Virus record (IMG/VR): IMGVR_UViG_3300043313_000942
Location: 1 to 36,304 of that record
DNA: 36,304 nt
Direction: 5' to 3' (one strand)
From: a virus
The position numbers and the translations under genes are program-made. The notes under the pieces are model-generated. The model was not told the origin of the DNA and searched no databases. It worked only from the letters and a program-made list of their open reading frames with translations. This document shows, in pieces, positions 4,835 to 12,915 of the stretch. Position 1 is the first letter of the stretch, and each line of letters begins with the position of its first letter.

Positions 4835-6750
4835 GTCGCGTAAACCCCGATGTTGTTGATCTGAGCGGTCGCCGCTGCGCTGTTCGCGGTGACCTTCAGC
4901 CTTGTGGCCGTGATCGACGCGAATGTGTGCGTCGCGTTCGGGTCGGTGTTGCCGATGACGTCATCGATCTCGACGTAGGCCGAGCCGTTCCAGTATTCGA
5001 TCGTGTAGTCCGCCAACGGCGCGGGCGCCGCGGTCGTTGCGTAGTCCGCCCACACGACGCCGTCGGTCGTACCGACGAACGCCAGTTCGAGCCGTGAGAA
5101 CGTCACCGCGGTCGGCCATTCGAGGATGACGGGCGCCGGCGCATCGGTCCCCTTCCGCCACCCATTCCGCGAGGCGGACACGTTGGTGAAATTCCCATCG
5201 CAGACATTCTCGGGAGCCCCGAACCCTGTCGAGTCAGACGTCGCGGTGGCGTCGAGGGCAAGGTTTGGCGCGGTCGGCGCCGCAAGAGGGATCGTCGAGT
5301 AGATGACGACGCTGTGGCCGGGAACCACGTTGACCGGGAAATCGCGCTGGACGTTGTCGTACTTCTGATCCCACGCCACGAGTTCAGCGGTCGCCGGGGC
5401 GGGATATTCCCCGGTGTAGGTGTGGCGGTAAAACGTTCGCCCGTACTGCCCAGCGGCCCCCGGCGGAATGACATCGGTCAGTCTGATCTTGACCCCGAAG
5501 GCGGGCCCTTCGTTGATCAGAACGAACGAGTGCTCACCGTCTGTGCTGGCGAGGCGTACGCCGAACGGAATCTGCACGCCCGTGCCGTGAATCGTCGCGG
5601 TGTCGTTCTTGGCCCGACACAGGCTCGTCCCGTTCCCTCCCCCGGTGAGGTTGGCGTGCATCGAAAGCGCCCGCCAACTCGGCTTGGCGGCGTTCAGGGT
5701 CGAGTCGTCGCTGAAGTGTGCAATGCCGAACTCCTGCTGGTACGGGTCCGTGCCCACCCACTTTTGATCTTGCAACATCCAGAACAGCGACGACTTGCAC
5801 CCAGCCTGCATGTGGCCATCGATGAGCCGGCACCATTGCATCCCGGCGTCCGCCGTTGCGCGATACCCGACCGAGTCATCATCGCCGCCGACGAGCATGT
5901 TGCCTTCGTCGGCGATGATGCCCTTCGGGTCCGTGTCTCCGGCCCAGTTCGCAAACAGCGCGTTCCATGCCGAATACGCAGGGCAGTTGGACGCCGTGAG
6001 TCCGAGCGGCCCGAACGTAGGGACATCGCAGTAGGAGTGCGCGGCGTAGATATCAACGAGCGACGGGTTGTTGGCGATCAAGTCCTCGGTCCACTCGTCG
6101 GTCGTGAAGCTGAATTCGCTGGGGCCGATGATTTTGATCCGGGGGAGGATCGGCGTCCGGGACGCGTCATCGGCGGCGATTTGGGCGCGCGCGATTGAGA
6201 TGAGGTGCGAGTAATACTGGACCGGCGTGTACCCGCCTGGGATTGGGCCGCCCGCCACGTTCGGCTCGGTGAAGAATTGCGCGGCATAGATGTTGGTGAA
6301 TCCGCGAACGTTGATCGTCTGGTTCAGCAGTTCAGACACCCACGTCTTCCAGGTGGTTTCGTTCGTCGGCGTGGGGGTACAGCTCGGCGCGAGCGGCGTG
6401 GAGATGCCGCAAACGTCGTTCGGGAAGTGCCACCCCGTTTTCAGGATGACCATAATCCCGAAGTCCTTCATGGCCTGCAGCCACGTGTAGAACGCGAGCA
6501 TGCTGGCGCTGTTCCAGTCGGCGGACCCGGTCGGATAGGTCGCGTACGCCCAGTCCTGGCCACACCAGGTCGAGGCGATTTTGATCCCCGAGTTGTAGGC
6601 CCGTTGGTACTCGGCGGCCTTCTGCTGCGCCGTGAGAGCGAGCTGGGCAAACTCGACGAAGCCCATGTAGTTCGCGCCGACGCCGAGCCAGTCCGACTGA
6701 AAGGGCGCGGCGTTGTCGAAGATGATCGACTGATCTAGCTTCGGGGGCAC
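4831..6750 (-). CDS. Glycoside hydrolase (clan GH-A-like TIM barrel) with a C-terminal discoidin/F5-8 type C (CBM32-like) domain; putative polysaccharide depolymerase
   Basis: AAQFFTEPN (NEP-like acid/base strand), IIADEGN (candidate nucleophile strand). C-terminus CDGNFTN...WRKG...YTIEYWNGSAYVEI...ATRLKVTAN...INNIGVYA. GTG start 6 nt after GAGGGG. Confidence 0.6.
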   Translation of the reverse strand: MPPKLDQSIIFDNAAPFQSDWLGVGANYMGFVEFAQLALTAQQKAAEYQRAYNSGIKIASTWCGQDWAYATYPTGSADWNSASMLAFYTWLQAMKDFGIMVILKTGWHFPNDVCGISTPLAPSCTPTPTNETTWKTWVSELLNQTINVRGFTNIYAAQFFTEPNVAGGPIPGGYTPVQYYSHLISIARAQIAADDASRTPILPRIKIIGPSEFSFTTDEWTEDLIANNPSLVDIYAAHSYCDVPTFGPLGLTASNCPAYSAWNALFANWAGDTDPKGIIADEGNMLVGGDDDSVGYRATADAGMQWCRLIDGHMQAGCKSSLFWMLQDQKWVGTDPYQQEFGIAHFSDDSTLNAAKPSWRALSMHANLTGGGNGTSLCRAKNDTATIHGTGVQIPFGVRLASTDGEHSFVLINEGPAFGVKIRLTDVIPPGAAGQYGRTFYRHTYTGEYPAPATAELVAWDQKYDNVQRDFPVNVVPGHSVVIYSTIPLAAPTAPNLALDATATSDSTGFGAPENVCDGNFTNVSASRNGWRKGTDAPAPVILEWPTAVTFSRLELAFVGTTDGVVWADYATTAAPAPLADYTIEYWNGSAYVEIDDVIGNTDPNATHTFASITATRLKVTANSAAATAQINNIGVYAT

Positions 6751-6759
6751 GGCCGCCCC

Positions 6760-7476
6760 TCAGCCGACGATGTTTTTCGGCACCATCCGAAGCCATGAGC
6801 CGGCGGCGAAAGCCGATGCCTGGTTTCCGAGAATCTGAAAGCTCGTAAGGTTCGTCGTCGTGTCGGTCCAGATGCCCGAAAACACCAGCTCGTTGTTCGT
6901 GGACAGATCGAAAAACCCCGACATCGACAGCATGCGGATGCGGCCCGTGGCGGCCCGTAATGAGCCCGTGATGTAGAGCTTGTCCCCACTGGCGAAGGTC
7001 CACGGGTCGGAGCTGACGCGCCCCAGTATCCAGTCCGTGTGATTGACAGAGCCCTGTAGAAACGACCCCGTTACGGCCAGGAGGTTACTGGCCTGGCTCT
7101 GCGGCTTGAACGACACCGTCGGAGACGCCGAGTTGATCAATAGCTCGGCATCGAATTGGTATTCGCCGTCAACATCGCCATTGAGGCCTGACAGCGTGAT
7201 CGTATCGCTCGCCGATAGCAGCGTCGAGATGTTGATGTCCGGGAGGACGGAGACGACCGGATTGGCCGGGTCGGTCGCATCGACGTTAATATTGCTGCCC
7301 TCGACCACCGATTCGACGGTCCCATCTCCACCGCCGCCGATTGCAGCGGGCGCCGCCCCGTCGATGCTGACCTCCAGGCCAGAGGCGCCGCGGGATAGGC
7401 GAACGGTGCCGACTGGCCCGGTCCTATCGGCCCCGGTGACGAAGTCGATGGTGGTTGCTGTTTGCTGCTTGGACAT
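6760..7476 (-). CDS. Tail fibre/receptor-binding-region structural protein (238 aa), function unassigned
   Basis: Strong Shine-Dalgarno (SD) sequence GAGAGGGA upstream of the ATG at 7476. Ser/Thr/Gly-rich, beta-like composition. Position among fibre genes. Confidence 0.6.
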   Translation of the reverse strand: MSKQQTATTIDFVTGADRTGPVGTVRLSRGASGLEVSIDGAAPAAIGGGGDGTVESVVEGSNINVDATDPANPVVSVLPDINISTLLSASDTITLSGLNGDVDGEYQFDAELLINSASPTVSFKPQSQASNLLAVTGSFLQGSVNHTDWILGRVSSDPWTFASGDKLYITGSLRAATGRIRMLSMSGFFDLSTNNELVFSGIWTDTTTNLTSFQILGNQASAFAAGSWLRMVPKNIVG

Positions 7477-7496
7477 CGTGGTTTCCCTCTCGTCGG

Positions 7497-7525
7497 TGCT
7501 AATTCCCGCCCCTGTCGCCTGTCAA
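7497..7525 (-). promoter_or_regulatory. Candidate late promoter: TTGACA-N12-GGGAATTAGCA (copy A)
   Basis: Minus strand: TTGACA (7525-7520), then TTAGCA (7502-7497) 17 nt later. Same 6+12+11 architecture as 22615-22643. Lies in the 64-bp intergenic gap. Confidence 0.45.
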
Positions 7526-7540
7526 TGGGAACCGGCTGCG

Positions 7541-7867
7541 TTATCCGGCCGCGAGCAAATCGCCGAACATGGTCATGTTCACGATCGCCGTGGTGCCAGC
7601 AAACGCCTGGACGATCTCGGCGCTGTCCAGAACCATGTACGGATACCAGTCGTAGGTGGTGCCCGCGCCGACGGTGAACGATTCCAGGACGCGCGTCGTG
7701 GCACCGTCGGTGCCGATGCTGACCGTCACGCCGATCGAGCCCGCGGACGGGTTCATGAAGTGAACGTGTCGTACCAGCGCCTTTGAGAGGCCAGGGACCG
7801 TGTAGACGGTCGCCGCCGCATTGGTCAAACGCGTCGGGCCGACGAATCGAGTTACTGTGCGTGCCAT
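7541..7867 (-). CDS. Small virion-associated hypothetical protein (108 aa)
   Basis: SD AAGGGGA 5 nt upstream of the ATG; beta-rich composition; located between fibre genes. Confidence 0.65.
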   Translation of the reverse strand: MARTVTRFVGPTRLTNAAATVYTVPGLSKALVRHVHFMNPSAGSIGVTVSIGTDGATTRVLESFTVGAGTTYDWYPYMVLDSAEIVQAFAGTTAIVNMTMFGDLLAAG

Positions 7868-7891
7868 TTGTGTCCCCTTTTTGTGAGCAAA

Positions 7892-9412
7892 TCACCCTTC
7901 AAACAGTCTCCAAACCAACGTGTATTCAATGGCCCGTGCGCCGGCCGTAGCCGTGCTGGCGACGATGATGTACGTATCCGCCGGTGACGTAGACCCTGTC
8001 GTGAATTCCGCAGTGAGCAATCCCGTTACGCCGACGTTAACCGTGACGCTCGACGAGGCGACCCCTGACAGCGATCCTTGCACGCTGAGGTTGTAGGTTT
8101 CTGAGCCGGCGAGCGTATTTGTGATCACGTTCACCTGAATCGATCCGCGCCGGTACACGCGCCGAACGTCAGGTGAGAAATAGGCCGTGAACAGGCCGCC
8201 GCCGATCGCGACCTGGCTGCTGGGCACCAAGCTCCCCGACGCAGCGGTGTCGTTGATATAGAAGTGAAAGCTGACAGCGTCAGGCGGGGCGATGGCATTG
8301 GCCGGTACGAACGGCGGCTCTGGCGGATCATCCTGATCCACAGCGAGAACCATTGAAGCGCCGTCGCGGCCCGGTAGTCCCGGGGGCCCGATCGGGCCTG
8401 GTTCGCCGTCATCGCCATCGGCGCCCGGCGGCCCGGCGGCGCCGTCGCGACCGGGCGGACCCTGTATGCCAGGCGCGCCCATCTCGCCGTCATCGCCGTC
8501 GATCCCCGGGAGCCCGGGCGCCCCCGTCGGTCCAGTCGGTCCCACGGGCGGCGTCGCCGCGATGACGAGGCGACCGGTGCCAGGATCGGCCGCGACGTAT
8601 CCGCCCGCCGCGAGTGAGTCTATGTACCAGTCGCCCGTGATGTTGTGAATCCACCCGCGTTGTACTTGCGGGAGGGCGGTCTGGGACGTGATGAACCGGA
8701 TGTGCCCGCCGGCCGACAGCGCTCGACCGCCCTGCAGGATCAGGTCACCTTCCCCGTACGACGCAACGACAGCGTTTTGCGGGATGTAGAAAATCGCGTT
8801 CGTCGGGTCGGGGTCTACGTAGTTCTCGCCGAACACCGTGCACGCGAGGTAGGGCGGAATCCCGTACGTGTTCGACGGTGACGACTGGATGATCTGCTGA
8901 ACGCACGCATGGGTCCCCATGGAGTCGTTCGTCATGAACCACACGAGGGTGCCATCGATGTTGCGCAGCACCGTGATCGTCGCGCTGGCACTCGGCGAGC
9001 TGGTACCGAACCCCCACCGCGTGTTGTTGACGTCGAAAAAGAAGTCCGGACTGTCGGTCAGAAGTCCCGCGGGGCCGCCGTAGAGCACCCGCCCGCTTGT
9101 CGTCGGGAACGCCTGCGGGAGCGCGATCGGACCAGGCACATTCTGCTGCAACACGCCCCGCCCAAGCGCCCCCATGTCGACGCCGTTGGCCAGGTTGGCA
9201 TTTGCCCGCGACAGCCAGTAGTACGCATCCCCCGGGGCGACTGGAGTCCCCGGGGGACTTGGGGTCACGCCGAAGGTCAGCGTGATTTGTTGGATCAGCT
9301 CGTCGAATGCAGCCTTGATCAGGTCTTCAACGCGCGACAGGTTCGCCGCATGGTCAAGGCCGAAGCCCCTTAGCGGCACAAACGGATTCTTGATGCGCGG
9401 CCGCGTCGCCAT
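7892..9412 (-). CDS. Collagen-like repeat tail fibre protein (506 aa)
   Basis: 20 uninterrupted Gly-X-Y triplets ([25 protein letters not shown]...GLPGRDG) in the middle of the protein, flanked by globular N- and C-terminal regions. Confidence 0.8.
   Translation of the reverse strand: MATRPRIKNPFVPLRGFGLDHAANLSRVEDLIKAAFDELIQQITLTFGVTPSPPGTPVAPGDAYYWLSRANANLANGVDMGALGRGVLQQNVPGPIALPQAFPTTSGRVLYGGPAGLLTDSPDFFFDVNNTRWGFGTSSPSASATITVLRNIDGTLVWFMTNDSMGTHACVQQIIQSSPSNTYGIPPYLACTVFGENYVDPDPTNAIFYIPQNAVVASYGEGDLILQGGRALSAGGHIRFITSQTALPQVQRGWIHNITGDWYIDSLAAGGYVAADPGTGRLVIAATPPVGPTGPTGAPGLPGIDGDDGEMGAPGIQGPPGRDGAAGPPGADGDDGEPGPIGPPGLPGRDGASMVLAVDQDDPPEPPFVPANAIAPPDAVSFHFYINDTAASGSLVPSSQVAIGGGLFTAYFSPDVRRVYRRGSIQVNVITNTLAGSETYNLSVQGSLSGVASSSVTVNVGVTGLLTAEFTTGSTSPADTYIIVASTATAGARAIEYTLVWRLFEG
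8360..8542 (-). repeat. Collagen-like (G-X-Y)x20 coding repeat
   Basis: Residues 291-351 of the fibre protein, counted from the translation. Confidence 0.9.
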
Positions 9413-9418
9413 CCGGCG

Positions 9419-9877
9419 TCAGTAGGCCTTTCCGCTGATGAACCCTTGCAGGGTTCCAGTGCCAGAGCCAGTGGCGATGCCAGCGATGACGATGCGGATG
9501 AAGCAGGCGTCAACCGGCTTCCCCTGCGAGCAGATTTCGCCGTTCGCGGCAGCTCCACCGGCCGGGGCAGTGAAGCCCGTCGTCCAGCGGGTTCCCGAGT
9601 CCACCCAATTGCCAGCCCGGAGCGCCAGGGATTCGTTCTGGTAGTCGGGCTCGTACGGCTGAAAGGAGTTGGACGTGTAGATTTTCACCGATGTGCAGGT
9701 GACGGCCGACCCGGTCCACACGAGTTGGATCGAGAAGTTTTCGATCTCCGACGTGGGGATAATCCACTGCACGTCCTGTGGGGTTGTCGTCAGCGCGATC
9801 GTTCCACCGAAAATCTTCCCCGCGTCCCGTCCCCGCCCGGGGCCGCTGTCGTTGTTGTTCCAAAGTTGACGGCTCAT
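9419..9877 (-). CDS. Virion-module hypothetical protein (152 aa)
   Basis: SD GAGAGGA upstream of the ATG at 9877; good coding composition. Confidence 0.65.
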   Translation of the reverse strand: MSRQLWNNNDSGPGRGRDAGKIFGGTIALTTTPQDVQWIIPTSEIENFSIQLVWTGSAVTCTSVKIYTSNSFQPYEPDYQNESLALRAGNWVDSGTRWTTGFTAPAGGAAANGEICSQGKPVDACFIRIVIAGIATGSGTGTLQGFISGKAY

Positions 9878-9887
9878 GATGATCCTC

Positions 9888-10688
9888 TCAGTCGGTTGGT
9901 TCGTTCGCTTCGATCTGCTGGGTCCGCGTCGCGCTCCGTGATGTCCCGCGCTTCCCGGCGACTTCCTTCTCTTGCGGCGTGGGCTGGTTCGTCTGCGTCG
10001 GCCCCGGCGTCTGCAGCAACGCCATAAGCGACGGGTCCACGCCCGGAATCGCCAGCAGTACGGCCAGGCCCCGCTCCCAATCGCACTCCCACTTCGGGTG
10101 CTCGCCCTTCTGGTCTGCGATGCGCAGGACGATTGCCCCTACGATCGCCTTGTAGAGCTCCGGGTAGACGCTCGACAGCGCCGTGGCCTGGGCAACGGTC
10201 AGCCGGCCGATCTGAACCATCCCGAACACCGACAGCGGCTTGTCTATGATTTCCAGCAGGTCCTCGAACAGCCCCAACGCGTAATCGCTAGGCGGCAGGT
10301 TCGTGACGCCCGTGACAGTCTTCTCGACGCTGATGGGGAAGTGAGCCTTCAGGTAGTTCCACGCCCGCGCCAGCGACCCCACGAATATCCCCGCCGAGTC
10401 CAGCAGCGTCGGGGGAAGGGCGTTGATGATGTCGTCCAGGGCCACCGGCGAGCCTGTAGCCGAGAAGGCGTCGAGCATGGCGTCGTACTTCAGGTCCGGG
10501 GAGCTGACGTCCTCGGCCGTCCCGTTCACAAGGTCCCGGGCGCCCTTCTCGACCAGGCGCATGATTCCGTGAATGTCGGCCCACTCGGGGGCCAGGATTC
10601 GTCCCCGCTCCTGCAGGATGACGTTCCGCAGGCCTACGACGGCCAGCATCGCCTCCCCGTGGTCTACGTCGATGGGTAGTTCGTACAT
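9888..10688 (-). CDS. Virion-module hypothetical protein (266 aa)
   Basis: ATG at 10688 (MYELPIDVDH...). The 54 upstream codons of ORF 9888..10850 are Arg/Pro-rich wrong-frame-like sequence and would overlap the divergent lipoprotein gene. Confidence 0.6.
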   Translation of the reverse strand: MYELPIDVDHGEAMLAVVGLRNVILQERGRILAPEWADIHGIMRLVEKGARDLVNGTAEDVSSPDLKYDAMLDAFSATGSPVALDDIINALPPTLLDSAGIFVGSLARAWNYLKAHFPISVEKTVTGVTNLPPSDYALGLFEDLLEIIDKPLSVFGMVQIGRLTVAQATALSSVYPELYKAIVGAIVLRIADQKGEHPKWECDWERGLAVLLAIPGVDPSLMALLQTPGPTQTNQPTPQEKEVAGKRGTSRSATRTQQIEANEPTD

Positions 10689-10753
10689 CAGTGGCCCCTC
10701 TGAACGAACGTTCCGGATGGACGGAAGTGGGGCCGGCGGTACGATCGGCGGCG

Positions 10754-11203
10754 ATGAGATGGCTCGCTGCGATCGTGTTGCTCGCCTCGGTAGGCTGCGG
10801 CGGTAATCCGACACCCGACGACAAGGTCCAGGGAAACTGGATTTTCGCATCGTCCGACGGGCTGACCGGCATCGGCCTGAAGTTCAACGACATCAGCTAC
10901 GACTTGAGCGGCCTCGTGCTCACGTCGTCGAACACCGCGCAGGCCATCGTGGAGAAGGGCAGCTTCTCCATCAACGCGACGACGCTCGTGTTCGCCCCGA
11001 CCGAGTCGACGTGCCCCGGCCCCATCCCCATCTACCAGATGGACTACCGTTTCAGCGGGTCGGTCTTGATGATCACCGCAGGCTCGAATCTGATTGCCTT
11101 CGAACGGAATCCGTACGCCGTCGATTCGAGCTTCGCGCTCACCCTCGGCTGCGACGTATCCGGCTCGTTCGTCCCGAGTCCGATCGCCCCGGTCAGCAAC
11201 TAG
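10754..11203 (+). CDS. Secreted lipoprotein (149 aa) encoded on the opposite strand inside the virion module; candidate moron or superinfection-exclusion factor
   Basis: MRWLAAIVLLASVG|C signal peptide with lipobox-like SVGC. High GC3 in this frame; the antisense ORF is Arg-rich junk. GNW motif and beta-rich mature part. Confidence 0.7.
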   Translation: MRWLAAIVLLASVGCGGNPTPDDKVQGNWIFASSDGLTGIGLKFNDISYDLSGLVLTSSNTAQAIVEKGSFSINATTLVFAPTESTCPGPIPIYQMDYRFSGSVLMITAGSNLIAFERNPYAVDSSFALTLGCDVSGSFVPSPIAPVSN

Positions 11204-11205
11204 CG

Positions 11206-12915
11206 TCATCGCGCGCGCTCCTGCGCGAACGGCAGCGCGACCGCGGCGGGAACGCCGTTGTGGATAGCCTCGAAGATGTCGGACAGCGGCGCGGCTCCTG
11301 AGATCGCTTGGCTCTGCGCCAATTTCGCGAGGTGGAAATCAGCCGCCCGCCCGAGGCGCTTGATCCCCTGGAATGCCAAGGCCGCGCCTGCGGTAGCGCC
11401 GATCGCATGCCCGGCATGCCCGCCGAAGTGCAGACCTGCGCCTGCCGCCAACGGCAGCACCGTGTGATGGGCGACGTGCTTGATGCGGTCGATGACGTTC
11501 TCGTGACCGGTGGCTTCCTTGGCTGCCCGTTCGGCCAAGGTCTTCTCGGTGTCGATCAGAACGGAGTCATCGCGGTTGTTCAGCTTGAACTCGGCGAAGT
11601 CGACACCGGGCGTGTTCTTCATGATCCGGTCCATCTGCTGCGAAATGGGCGTGTAGAGCTCGGCGTTGACTTTCGCCTTGTCCGTGACCGCTTCGCCCAT
11701 CTTGAACGCGCGGTTCCCGATCGTTCCCTTGAGGTCGCGCAGGTCGCGCGGGGAGATGACCGTGCCGCTGTAATCACCATCCGCGGGCGGTAGGCCCTGC
11801 GCCTCCCTCAACCGGTCGCCGAGACGCGTGACTTCATCGCGAGCACGCGAGAGAACGTCGTACCGGTCGAGCTTCGCGGTGTTCTGGCGCAGGAGCGCGT
11901 CGTAGTCGTCGAGGATTTGTGGGATGGACGCCTGAGCGTCAACCGGCTGGTCGGCATAGTGCTCTTGCGCCCGCGTGTAGTCGGCGTCCAGATTGGCGTT
12001 TACGGTTCGCTTGGTCGCCTTCACATGCTCGAGCGCCGACTCCGGGTGAAGGTCGGCCTTCAACATCGCCTTGTCCAACTCCGGGTGGCGCTGGACGACC
12101 GCGTCCAGGACCTCGCCCTCTTCCCCGCCGGCTTTCCTCGCAAAGTTCTTGGCCGCCTTGGATGCGCTCTCCCCGGTGACGTTCGCAACGCGCCGTCCGG
12201 CGTTCCTGGCGGCGGCGCCCGGCTGCAGCGGCCTCGTGAGCGCAGCAGCGGCCGGCCGAAGCTCGCCCGCCTGTGCGGCCGCTGGCAGGCCGCCGGCGAA
12301 CGCGCCCAGCAACGCGCCTTCCCTCGGGCTGCCGCCCATCGATGCCGATCCGGCTGCGCCTTCGCCGGCCGCTGTTGCCAAACGCGCTGCTGCAGGGGCC
12401 GCACCGCCCAGTAGGGGCGCGCCGATCTCGGTGAGCACCGGCCTGACGGCTGCCCCGAGCGGGCCGAGGACGGCCCCCGTGAGGACCATCTGCGCCAGCG
12501 GGTCGCCTTCGTTCGGGTTGTTTGTCCAGTTTACTGGACGCCCCGCAGGGCTGGACGGCGACGGCAGCAGTTCTCCCGAGGTTGCGGGAATGTCGAGCGC
12601 CGACCGCACGCCCGACGGCACGGGGATGCGCGTTGGAATGGGAGCGTTGATCGGCGGCGCCGCAACGCCCGCCTCTTCGTCGGTGACCATTCTCGGCCCC
12701 GGAGGAGCCAGCATCTGAGCCCTCGCCACCTCGGCCCCCTGCCGCTGCGCGCGGATGTCCTTGAACTGCTGCACCGCGGGGCGGCCGTCTACGGCGGGCG
12801 CTTCCTCAACTAGCTGCCAGCGGCCCGGAGAACGCACGGAGACGGGCGCAGCGGCCTTCTTCGCCAGCTTGGCCACGGGCGCCCCGGCGTCGTCTTCCAC
12901 GAGCTCCCAGGCCAC
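11206..12915 (-). CDS. Internal virion/ejection-type protein candidate (569 aa)
   Basis: GTG start abutting the upstream TAG. Ala/Gly-rich hydrophobic stretches (GAVLGPLGAAV..., LPLAAGAGLHFGGHAGHAIGATAGAALAF). Third of three consecutive ORFs in the position of podovirus ejection proteins. Confidence 0.45.
   Translation of the reverse strand: MAWELVEDDAGAPVAKLAKKAAAPVSVRSPGRWQLVEEAPAVDGRPAVQQFKDIRAQRQGAEVARAQMLAPPGPRMVTDEEAGVAAPPINAPIPTRIPVPSGVRSALDIPATSGELLPSPSSPAGRPVNWTNNPNEGDPLAQMVLTGAVLGPLGAAVRPVLTEIGAPLLGGAAPAAARLATAAGEGAAGSASMGGSPREGALLGAFAGGLPAAAQAGELRPAAAALTRPLQPGAAARNAGRRVANVTGESASKAAKNFARKAGGEEGEVLDAVVQRHPELDKAMLKADLHPESALEHVKATKRTVNANLDADYTRAQEHYADQPVDAQASIPQILDDYDALLRQNTAKLDRYDVLSRARDEVTRLGDRLREAQGLPPADGDYSGTVISPRDLRDLKGTIGNRAFKMGEAVTDKAKVNAELYTPISQQMDRIMKNTPGVDFAEFKLNNRDDSVLIDTEKTLAERAAKEATGHENVIDRIKHVAHHTVLPLAAGAGLHFGGHAGHAIGATAGAALAFQGIKRLGRAADFHLAKLAQSQAISGAAPLSDIFEAIHNGVPAAVALPFAQERAR

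Noticed and set aside
5314-6198. 294-aa plus-strand ORF antisense to the glycoside hydrolase gene
   Set aside because: Same reasoning: Arg/Val/Gly-rich and no start context. The opposite frame carries recognisable GH and CBM motifs.
6760-9412. Diversity-generating retroelement or variable-repeat/template-repeat pair near the fibre genes
   Set aside because: No reverse transcriptase ORF anywhere in the genome, and no near-identical repeat of a fibre C-terminus was noticed.
10688-11209. 173-aa minus-strand ORF that would keep the late module uninterrupted
   Set aside because: Arg/Asp/Gly-rich nonsense-like sequence. The plus-strand frame has a signal peptide, a lipobox, high GC3 and protein-like composition, so the plus-strand lipoprotein is preferred.
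11259-11267. DnaA-box-like TGTGGATAG (8/9 match to TGTGGATAA)
   Set aside because: A single isolated copy deep inside the 569-aa structural gene, far from the iteron cluster. Compatible with chance.
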